A stretch of 64,000 nt of DNA from Octopus sinensis (Eukaryota), in assembly GCF_006345805.1 (NCBI RefSeq), contig NC_043006.1, positions 47,678,001-47,742,000 of the forward strand, written 5' to 3'. Below the pieces are notes generated by a model that ran no database searches, was not told where the DNA came from, and saw only the letters and a program-made list of their open reading frames with translations. The translations under genes and the position numbers were made by a program. Of the stretch, positions 41,976 through 52,456 are shown one piece after another. Each line of letters begins with the position of its first letter. Position 1 is the stretch's first letter.

Positions 41976-42519
41976 GACGGGCGTCTTTCAGTTTCCGTCT
42001 ACCAAATCCACTCACAAGGCTTTGGTCGGCTCGAAGCTATAGTAGAAGAGACTTTCCCAAGATACCTCGCAGTGGGACTGAACTCGGAACCAAGTGATTG
42101 GTAAGGAAGCTTCTTACCACATTGTCACTCCTCGGCTTAAATTTATAAAGTTAGTTAATACGCTTGTCTATTAATTGTATCGAATTTTGTCACAAGGTCA
42201 GTGATATTGAACGACTAGTAATTTACAACTGTTTTTTTTTTTTCATATAGTATTTCATAATAATAAAAGCAACGTTGATTCGGCGGGATTTGAAATCCAA
42301 ACGTCCTGCACCAGAAAAAATGTGTATTTTTTCCGAGATGTTAACTAATTTGCAAGCTCAATGTTATTGTCAGAGTATATCCTCTATTTCATATATTCAT
42401 GGTACTTATTTTATCGATCTCGAAAAGAGATGAGCGGTGGAATTTGAACCAAGTGCGTAAAAACAAACGAAATACCGCTAAGTATTTTTCTCCGGCGTGC
42501 TAACAAATCTGCCATCTCA

Positions 42520-42562
<43 letters not shown>

Positions 42563-43369
42563 CCTCTCTCTCTCCCTCTCTCTCTCTCTCTCCCTCTCTC
42601 TCTCTCTCTCTCCCTCTCTTAACGTTTTATTGATTATACAATCGTATTGAACACAGCCAGGCATCAATAATTACTGATCCGTTGGTAGAATTTTTAAAAA
42701 GTCATCTTTTATTTTTGCTGCATAATCTCAATATACACGGAGACTAAAGCCAATATACTCTTACACCTTTCACACCCACCATATTGTTTTACAGTGTCTC
42801 CAAGCGAATAAGAAATACATTTTGTATCTTAGATCAAGCTAAATTTAATATAATACATTCGTATAATGCATTAAAGTTAAACATATTAAGGACAAAATCC
42901 TTTACTATCCAAAACAGCATGGATTTATTGCCAAAATGAGTATTTCAGTCAATATTAAAAATAGTATGTGCTAGAAATAAAAACGAAAGTACTAAGTATA
43001 ATAGTTATCTGTGGAATGCATTTTAACTAAAGTAGTGCTTCGGCAAAAGATTAACTTACTCTGACATTTTGACCATTGCATTTAGAGAATTAGGCGTTAA
43101 TCCTTTCTTTAATCCATGTTACAGGAGTTTTTGTTTTAAACTTAGACCAGGTAGCGAAATAGTGCACTTTACGAGGGTACATTGGCGCGGAATTCTCCTT
43201 AATAGTCGCCCCTCACGCACTTGGTATATATATATATATATATATATATTAACAATAAGGAACGGCCATAATAGGCCATTCACCCACTAGAAATAACAGC
43301 CAAAGCTTCTACCGCAAATAAAGATTAATTCCGAAACAGGAGGAAAATTAAAAAAACATTTACCCTGTA

Positions 43370-43476
43370 ATTTCTTGTACGGTATACCGTTTCATCCGCT
43401 GTTTAATGGTAAACTAACCTGATTAAATTAAATCAAGCCAATCTTCCATAAGCCCTCGGATTCTTCAGCAAGAAAT
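43370..43476 (-). ncRNA. Type I hammerhead ribozyme, array copy 1
   Basis: AUUUCUUG-CUGAAGA-AUCCG-(58 nt)-CGGAU-GAAA-CGGUAUACCG-UA/CAAGAAAU; predicted cut between 43378 and 43377. Confidence 0.88.
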
Positions 43477-43853
43477 AGCTCAAGTCGGGACAGATATTTA
43501 CAACGAGGCATACCCAATCTTGCCAAGGCAATATCTGACCTAAAATTTCAAATCGTCGCACTCGCGCCAAATTTATCGGCAGCAAATAAATATCAGCCGT
43601 CGATTCCATTACGGAATTAACCAAAAAATTCATAATTAATCAATATAGGGTGGCAAGGAAAATTTTGTAGAATTTTATTGCCACCAGCGGCCCAGTAGGA
43701 AAAAATAAATAGTCATAGACCATTTTTAAGTTCACATTACAATTAAGGAACGGCCATAATAGGCCATTCACCACTAGAAATACAGCCAAAGCTTCTACCG
43801 CAAATAAAGATTAATTCGTAAACAGGAGAAAATTAAAAAAACATTACCCTGTA

Positions 43854-43959
43854 ATTTCTTGTACGGTATACCGTTTCATCGGCGTTTAATGGTAAACTAA
43901 CCTGATTAAATTAAATCAAGCCAATCTTCCATAAGCCCTCGGATTCTTCAGCAAGAAAT
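43854..43959 (-). ncRNA. Type I hammerhead ribozyme, array copy 2 (one stem II mismatch)
   Basis: Same core; the 3' strand of stem II reads CCGAU instead of CGGAU. Predicted cut between 43862 and 43861. Confidence 0.78.
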
Positions 43960-44341
43960 AGCTCAAGTCGGGACAGATATTTACAACGAGGCATACCCAA
44001 TCTTGCCAAGGCAATATCTGACCTAAAATTTTCAAATCGTCGCACTCGCGCCAAATTTATCGGCAGCAAATAAATATCAGCCGTCGATTCCATTACGGAA
44101 TTAACCAAAAAATTCATAATTAATCATATAGGGTGGCAAGGAAAATTGTAGAATTTTATTGCCACCAGCGGCCCAGTAGGAAAAAATTAAATAGTCATAG
44201 ACCATTTTTAAGTTCAACATTAACAATTAAGGAACGGCCATAATAGGCCATTCACCCACTAGAAATAACAGCCAAAGCTTCTACCGCAAATAAAGATTAA
44301 TTCCGTAAACAGGAGAAAATTAAAAAAACATTTACCCTGTA

Positions 44342-44448
44342 ATTTCTTGTACGGTATACCGTTTCATCCGCTGTTTAATGGTAAACTAACCTGATTAAAT
44401 TAAATCAAGCCAATCTTCCATAAGCCCTCGGATTCTTCAGCAAGAAAT
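44342..44448 (-). ncRNA. Type I hammerhead ribozyme, array copy 3
   Basis: Intact consensus; predicted cut between 44350 and 44349. Confidence 0.88.
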
Positions 44449-44832
44449 AGCTCAAGTCGGGACAGATTTTACAACGAGGCATACCCAATCTTGCCAAGGC
44501 AATATCTGACCTAAAATTTTCAAATCGTCGCACTCGCGCCAAATTTATCGGCAGCAAATAAATATCAGCCGTCGATTCCATTACGGAATTAACCAAAAAA
44601 TTCATAATTAATCAATATAGGGTGGCAAGGAAAATTTTGTAGAATTTTATTGCCACCAGCGGCCCAGTAGGAAAAAATTAAATAGTCATAGACCATTTTT
44701 AAGTTCAACACTAACAATTAAGGAACGGCCATAATAGGCCATTCACCCACTAGAAATAACAGCCAAAGCTTCTACCGCAAATAAAGATTAATTCCGTAAA
44801 CAGGAGAAATTTTAAAAAACATTTACCCTGTA

Positions 44833-44939
44833 ATTTCTTGTACGGTATACCGTTTCATCCGCTGTTTAATGGTAAACTAACCTGATTAAATTAAATCAAG
44901 CCAATCTTCCATAAGCCCTCGGATTCTTCAGCAAGAAAT
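44833..44939 (-). ncRNA. Type I hammerhead ribozyme, array copy 4
   Basis: Intact consensus; predicted cut between 44841 and 44840. Confidence 0.88.
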
Positions 44940-45575
44940 AGCTCAAGTCGGGACAGATATTTACAACGAGGCATACCCAATCTTGCCAAGGCAATATCTG
45001 ACCTAAAATTTTCAAATCGTCGCACTCGCGCCAAATTTATCGGCAGCAAATAAATATCAGCCGTCGATTCCATTACGGAATTAACCAAAAAATTCATAAT
45101 CATCATATAGGGTGGCAAGGAAAATTTTGTAGAATTTTATTGCCACCAGCGGCCAGTAGGAAAAAATTAAATAGTCATAGACCATTTTTAAGTTCAACAT
45201 TAACAATTAAGGAACGGCCATAATAGGCCATTCACCCACTAGAAATAACAGCCAAAGCTTCTACCGCAAATAAAGATTAATTCCGTAAACAGGAGAAAAT
45301 TAAAAAAACATTTACCCTGTAATTAAAAATGGTCTATGACTATTTAATTTTTCCTACTGGGCCGCTGGTGGCAATAAAATTCTACAAAATTTTCCTTGCC
45401 ACCCTATATTGATTAATTATGAATTTTTTGGTTAATTCCGTAATGGAATCGACGGCTGATATTTATTTGCTGCCGATAAATTTGGCGCGAGTGCGACGAT
45501 TTGAAAATTTTAGGTCAGATATTGCCTGGCAAGATTGGGTATGCCTCGTTGTAAATATCTGTCCCGACTTGAGCT

Positions 45576-45685
45576 ATTTCTTGCTGAAGAATCCGAGGGC
45601 TTATGGAAGATTGGCTTGATTTAATTTAATCAGGTTAGTTTACCATTAAATAGCGATGATTGAAACGGTATACCGTACAAGAAAT
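45576..45685 (+). ncRNA. Type I hammerhead ribozyme, array copy 5 (stem II base disrupted)
   Basis: Core, stem I and stem III are intact, but tagcgatgatt replaces cagcggat before GAAA. Predicted site between 45677 and 45678. Confidence 0.7.
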
Positions 45686-46070
45686 TACAGGGTAAATGTT
45701 TTTTTAATTTTCTCCTGTTTACGGAATTAATCTTTATTTGCGGTAGAAGCTTTGGCTGTTATTTCTAGTGGGTGAATGGCCTATTATGGCCGTTCCTTAA
45801 TTGTTAATGTTGAACTTAAAAATGGTCTATGACTATTTAATTTTTTCCTACTGGGCCGGTGGTGGCAATAAAATTCTACAAAATTTTCCTTGCCACCCTA
45901 TATTGATTAATTATGAATTTTTTGGTTAATTCCGTAATGGAATCGACGGCTGATATTTATTTGATGCCGATAAATTTGGCGCGAGTGCGACGATTTGAAA
46001 ATTTTAGGTCAGATATTGCCTTGGCAAGATTGGGTATGCCTCGTTGTAAATATCTGTCCCGACTTGAGCT

Positions 46071-46177
46071 ATTTCTTGCTGAAGAATCCGAGGGCTTATG
46101 GAAGATTGGCTTGATTTAATTTAATCAGGTTAGTTTACCATTAAACAGCGGATGAAACGGTATACCGTACAAGAAAT
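46071..46177 (+). ncRNA. Type I hammerhead ribozyme, array copy 6
   Basis: atttcttg ctgaaga atccg...cggat gaaa cggtataccg ta caagaaat is read directly on the plus strand; predicted cut between 46169 and 46170. Confidence 0.88.
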
Positions 46178-46425
46178 TACAGGGTAAATGTTTTTTTAAT
46201 TTTCTCCTGTTTACGGAATTAATCTTTATTTGCGGTAGAAGCTTTGGCTGTTATTTCTAGTGGGTGAATGGCCTATTATGGCCGTTCCTTAATTGTTAAT
46301 GTTGAACTTAAAAATGGTCTATGACTATTTAATTTTTTCCTACTGGGCCGCTGGTGGCAATAAAATCTACAAAATTTTCGTTGCCACCCTATATTGATTA
46401 AATATATATATATATTATATATATA

Positions 46426-46463
<38 letters not shown>

Positions 46464-47024
46464 TTATGTATTTATATATGTATGCATGCATCTGGTTCTC
46501 TTTTTCTTTTCATTTTTGATAGTTTACATATAGCCCTACCCATACACGGATAAGTATCTGTGCTTGTGTCCCGTATGTATGTACTGTGTTGTGTGTGTAT
46601 GTGCATGCTTGTGTGTGCGTATGGGTGTTTCATCAAAAATCAATTTTGCTTTGTTTTGCTTCTTTTCAGTATGTGAGCCAACTGCATAGCCCTCTGCGAT
46701 GAATAATGCCGGATAAATGATGAGAAAGTTTCTGCGAAGTTAATAGCGTCGTACTTGACAAGAGAGTAGTTTCAAAGTTGGGAGTGTTTTCAGAATGAGT
46801 GGTGCGTGTGATATCCTCTACTATGCTCATGATTGGTTTACAGGCATTACACGTACAGGTATAATGGAAGAGAATAAAATAACAGAAATTACATAATCAT
46901 TTTCATTATCTAACAGCTGTTTCTGCTATAGGAACCTTTCAAAAAATTCTAATGTAAGCTAATGAAAGGTATTATGTAACCTGTGTTCTATTACCTTTTC
47001 TTAATTGATATTACTCTATATAAA

Positions 47025-47425
47025 GGCGGTGAGCTGGCAAAAGCCTTAGCAAGCCGGATGAAATGCGTAGCCGTATTTCGTCTGCCGTTACGTTCTGAGT
47101 TCAAATTCCGCCGAGGTCGACTTTGCCTTTCCTCCTTTCGGGGTCGATAAATTAAGTACTAGTTACGCACTGGGGTCGATGTAATCGACTTAATCCGTTT
47201 GTCTGTCCTTGTTTGTCCTCTATGTGTTTAGCCCTTTGTGGGTAGTAAAGAAATAGGTATTTCGACTGTCTTTATGTTCTGAGATCAAATTCCACCGAGG
47301 TCGACTTTGCCTTTCATCCTTTAGGAGTCGAGAAATTAAGTACCAGATGCGTACTGGGGTGATCTAATCGACTGGCCTCCTCCCTCAAAATTTCGGGCTT
47401 TGTGCCTAGAGTAGAAAAGGATATT
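47025..47425 (+). mobile_element. SINE family B, head plus one full 184-bp unit, a second body and the tail
   Basis: gtatttcg unit starts at ~47072 and ~47256; tail gtgcctagagtagaaaagg. Confidence 0.85.
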
Positions 47426-48437
47426 AATTTATATTTTAAGGTAGCACTTGGCAGAATCGTTAGCACGTCGGGTAAAACGCTTAGCGACACTTCGCCTGTT
47501 TTTACATTCTGTGTTCGAATAATACCGCGGTCCACTTTACCTTTCAACCCTTTCGAAGTCGATAAATTAAGTACCAGTTGAGCATCAAGTTCTATTTAAC
47601 AGACTTGAAATTGCTGGATTTGTGGCAAATATTTGAAATCGATATTCCTATATAACCGAATTTGCATAAAACTTCCTGACTTTCAAATAGCAGAGATAAC
47701 AAGTATTGATGTGAAATCCTCGAAACAGAACTTCTTTATATTCTAAACAACTCCACAACACATACACATTACTCATCAGCCAACTACAACATTTTTCTAG
47801 GTAGTATTTTGTTCTCCACACAAATGTTTGTTAATTGCTCCGATGTGTTTTGAGAAAACGAATCCCCATCTTTCTTCTGTCGGCCTACCAATTAACATGG
47901 TATGACTTTCGCACACCAATGACGGTAGCAAATTCACTTTTATACTCTTCAGCAAATCGCAAAAGAATTATTGCCATTAACAAACAAAATCATAGATCAA
48001 TGCTTTTAAAATTTAACCACACCACAGCATGAACGCTTCTATATATTAAGTAAAATATTCGTGGATGAATCTAAGATTAATATCCTAACAAGAAACATAA
48101 AACAACTCAGTCCAATTGCATACACCCATAAAAATGTCTTTCTATAGACACTAAAACATTTTCTAAACCAATATACAAAAATATGCAAGCAACTGAAATG
48201 CACACAGCACCAAACCTCTAAATAAGGAAATAACAATAACAAATTCTTCAAAAAATTGGAAACTGAAAATTATTTGTAGACAACATAAATCAAATGGTTA
48301 ATAGCAAAATGCTTTAGACTAATTAACTGCATCGCCATCAATAGCAGGTGTATGACCATGTCCCTTATCATTACAGCGTAATATATATAAATTTGAGAAG
48401 AACCATCATGAAGCAATTCAACAATGAATTAAATCAT

Positions 48438-48510
48438 ACTCTCTTTCTCTTTTACTCTTTTACTTGTTTCAGTCATTTGACTGTGGCCGTGCTGGAGCAC
48501 CGCCTTTAAA
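48438..48510 (-). mobile_element. SINE family A 3' tail joined to the 5S copy
   Basis: Minus strand reads aaaggcggtgctccagcacggccacagtcaaatgactgaaacaagtaaaagagtaaaagagaaagagag. Confidence 0.88.
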
Positions 48511-48513
48511 GGA

Positions 48514-48633
48514 ATGTTTACAGCACCTAGGGTTCCCAAGCGGTCACCCATCTAAGTACTAACTAGGCTCGATGTTGCTTAACTTCGGTGATCGGACGAG
48601 AACCGGTGTTTTCAACGTGATATGGCCTTAAGC
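48514..48633 (-). rRNA. 5S rRNA: Full-length 5S rRNA copy, probably a retroposed pseudogene
   Basis: Minus strand reads gcttaaggccatatcacgttgaaaacaccggttctcgtccgatcaccgaagttaagcaacatcgagcctagttagtacttagatgggtgaccgcttgggaaccctaggtgctgtaaacat. There is no T4 terminator downstream and it is not in a tandem 5S array. Confidence 0.9.
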
Positions 48634-48858
48634 TATATAGAAAAATATTAAAGATACGATAAAACATTTACCTGTAACTTAATAAAGTACTAAATAATAA
48701 ATAGTATATAATTTGTCTATTTACTAATTATGGTTCTTCTCTAATCATGATGATTCTTCTCTAATTTATATATATATGTATTATATATGGTGAAATTTTA
48801 TTTAGCATTACTAAATTTTTCCTTGTAAGTTTGGAATCATATTCCCTAATATTATATA

Positions 48859-48889
<31 letters not shown>

Positions 48890-51206
48890 CCACTTTTAGT
48901 ATTTCTCAGATATTTGTCGAAAATCAAATACAAAACTTGACACAGAGAAAACAGGAACTCAAAAATAAAATTTAAAAAAACTGGTCATTTCACCATTCTG
49001 GCGGTTTAGATACATTTCTTACATCAGATACCCATATGGTACTAAAAAAAACATATAAAAACCTAAGACGCTCATGGCTGTATAAAATCAAATCAATGTA
49101 CACTGAAATCAACTAGGGTTTGAAATAATCAAGTTCCTCACAAACATCTACAAATATTTATACCAATATTTGCCAAATTTCTAGAATTTGGAGCTTGGGA
49201 AAAATCATAACGTAAACCTTCCAATTAATCCAAGAAAACTAACATCACACAGATTCTTCACCCTCTTGCGAACACCCTCAAACACTAGAAAAAGCTAGCG
49301 CTTCACATTATTTATTTGCATATTTCCATATTACAAGACCAGTATACTGAACCACGAGACTATTTGTAAATTATACATATTTTTCGATTTCATTCCTTGC
49401 TATCCACTTATACAATGCTGTTTCGGATTAAGTTTATGTTGAAGCAATACTAAATGCAGTTGAGTGAGCTATCTATCTGTCTGCAGTATGGTTTTCAGCT
49501 AGGTGAGGACATAGTAAAACCGGGAAGACGCATCCGTGGGTCGAGTTTGTTGTATAAACCTATAACGAGATGCCATATAACTGCTAATCAGGACAGACCC
49601 AGAATTCCACTCCGACAAGTGTAACTACTGCCACAGCAGCAATAATTGAAGTAAACTATGTAATCTAAAAGTAATCATGAGGGTAACTTCACTATAGTGC
49701 GTTCGTGATGTATTTAATAGAGAATTCTGTTTCAGAGCTTCTATAATTATCTATAGGCAGTTGTGAGCGCATGTCCGAAATTTTGATTTTAAATTACGCC
49801 ATATCTAATATGATGGCTTCATGAATAAACTTACACATTAAATTTGACAAACGCTTTCGAATAACTCAATTACACAAAGAACTCATCTTTGTGAAGAACT
49901 ACAAAACCAACAACAGCAATTATCAACAAAAGTACACCAGCAGTTTCATTAGTGCTATCAAATATGATAGATGAGTTCATAAGCGACCGCCTAGTCGATA
50001 TGAACTAACCTAACGATTCTAGTATATGTATTTGTGACTACTAAATCCATCCCGAGGTTGTCACCTTGATTGCTGGAACTTTCATATGAAACGAGTTGGT
50101 AATATTTCATTTGGAATTAAGGAATTAACGACATTATCATGAATAATGAGACGTCACAAAATTATTCGCATGCACTGCTTGTTTACAAACACACATTACT
50201 ATTATCACTTCAATACACTCGACCAAACACATTGCAAAGACATAGAAACCCACGCTCTCATAAACATGCGTATACATTTATGAATTTTTCAAATTACATC
50301 AATTATATAGTAGAGAGAAATACGCCTAGCTCTGTTATGCATACGAAATACAAATGCAACGTATCTATATATTTAATAAAAGTTGTAAAGCCTCGATTAA
50401 CCCTAGTTAGTAAATAAAATAAGGAATACTAAATATGTTTAAAATCTAAAACTACCAGTCACATTGCAAACACATTTCACTCAGGATGTTACGTTTAAGA
50501 ACATGCTTGTTCATATTCTATCCAAATTTATTAATCGTTTTGTTGGACATCATAGAATCTACCAGTTAAACACGAGTTAGCTACTCCAGGAACGTATTTG
50601 GTAACAGATCAGATTGATCACATTGAGGTGAGATTAATAACAACGCCGACAAAATGGAGACTCATTGACGTCTCTTACCTTGCTGACTGTATTTCGGGAG
50701 AAGTAACAAATTTGTTCAAATCTCAGCGAACACACCATATAAAGGTGCAGTAAATAATATAGCATAAACTAAAAATTAACAAGTTTAATTAGAAGTTGGC
50801 TATATTAAGTCTGAGTAAGAATAAACTACAGCAAATACAGAACTAGATTCATAGATATCACAAATTATTGTACGGTTATTTCGTAACTCACGAATGAAAT
50901 ATGCATTCCAATGCAGGTACATTGAAACAATGAATTATTCCATCTGACAAGCACATATTTGCAAATGTACATCAGAATTGAACAGAATAAATACCATGCT
51001 GTTTTGTTATTCTGTGATTATAATTTTGGCATACAGGAAAAAAGATTAGTATTAATAATAATATATGTTAAGACGTTTTTTCTTTCGTTTTTTTCTTTCA
51101 AATATCTGTCGACAATAACATTGTGGAGACCAACTGCATTCAGTTAACTTAAATACATATAAGGTAAGGTGTTACATACAAACACACTGTTGTGTATATA
51201 TATATG

Positions 51207-51259
<53 letters not shown>

Positions 51260-51476
51260 ATATATATATATATGTGTGTGTGTGTGTGTCTGTGTGTGTG
51301 TGTCTGTGTGTGTGCATGTATGTACATATGTATCTGTATATCTATCTATTTATCTATCTATCTACCTACCTACCTACCTATATTTATATATATAAACACA
51401 AACATACATAAAGAAATGCATATACATAATATTTATATATATATACTTACATATATTTATGGACATATATACACAT

Positions 51477-51535
51477 GCGGTGCCCCAGCACGGCCACAGC
51501 TCGTGAGCTGAAACTAGATAAAATGAAAAATGAAA
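51477..51535 (+). mobile_element. Isolated 3' tail of the CR1/L2-group LINE
   Basis: gcggtgccccagcacggccacagctcgtgagctgaaacta matches 40259-40300. Confidence 0.65.
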
Positions 51536-51612
51536 GAAATATATATATATGAATATATATTTTAAAAATATAAGTTTATGAAAGAATGGAGTTGAACGAC
51601 TTGTTAACAAAT

Positions 51613-51711
51613 TTCCTTTATTTTCGACATATGTTTCAAAGGCTGCATATTCCTAATTCCGAAGGAATAAGGAGTACGTTATGCAGATTTCTCATCAGGA
51701 AAGGCAAGGAA
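51613..51711 (-). ncRNA. Solitary full type I hammerhead ribozyme, second family
   Basis: Minus strand reads UUCCUU-gcc-UUUC-CUGAUGA-GAA-au-CUGCAUA...UAUGCAG-cc-UUU-GAAA-CAUAUG-UC/GAAA-aua-AAGGAA. It has a canonical core, GUC triplet, palindromic stem III and a stem I with a 3x3 internal loop. Predicted cut between 51626 and 51625. Confidence 0.8.
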
Positions 51712-52364
51712 CTTATGGCGACATCAAAATGCACAAAAGACTTTTAGGTGACTGCTCTCAAGGAGCCCATGGCGATAATGAGTGTCTGTTTATAAGGAGT
51801 GACGTCAGAGTGACTGAATGTAGAAGAATCCAGAGGGATCTAAAGGTGTGTGTGTGACTGTATATAACTGTCATAATGTGTGTATGTGTGTGTGTGAATG
51901 CGTGGTTGTGTTTGTAGATGGGTAGATGTCAGAAAACTGACAGCTGTGAGATGAGAGGTCTGTGTATGTGTGTTCGATTGTGTTTACTGTAGAGAAAGGG
52001 AAGTAGAGAGAGAAAGGGGGGAAGAGTCGGGCGAGGTGAGAGGCAACGCTGGAATGGGTAGTAGTTCTTGGAATTATAAGAAAATCTTTTGACTATTGGA
52101 GTGAAATATAACAAAATTTTTTGGAAATCGAGGGGTTATCTATATTAGTCACTATTCATATGAGTGAAAGGTGTGTCGTTTCCAGTGTAAACACATGTAG
52201 GACCTTTTAAAATAAACATACAGCACGTAGTCTATGCACTAGGGACGTAACTTCAACCGTGTTCTTTCTGATGTGAATTTGCTACCCAGGTATCGGTTAT
52301 CTTTCGAATTATCCTTAATAAGATAATTCATTCAACTACTCAAATATATGAATATATATATATA

Positions 52365-52456
<92 letters not shown>

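Larger units (their letters stand above)
43249..46400. mobile_element. Tandem array of a ~490-bp hammerhead-containing unit (candidate non-LTR retrozyme) in two divergent arms
   Basis: Left arm 43249-45324 has ~4.2 units with the ribozyme on the minus strand. Right arm 45323-46400 has ~2.2 units with the ribozyme on the plus strand. Predicted cleavage sites are spaced 484, 488, 491 and 492 bp apart. (TA)n lies on both flanks. Confidence 0.9.

Noticed and set aside
43249-46400. CRISPR-like or ordinary satellite interpretation of the array
   Set aside because: There are no unique spacers, and each whole unit repeats with an embedded ribozyme, so it is better explained as a retrozyme-type repeat.
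47780-49420. A-rich coding-like stretches around the 5S copy
   Set aside because: All frames are interrupted and I could not recognise any domain.
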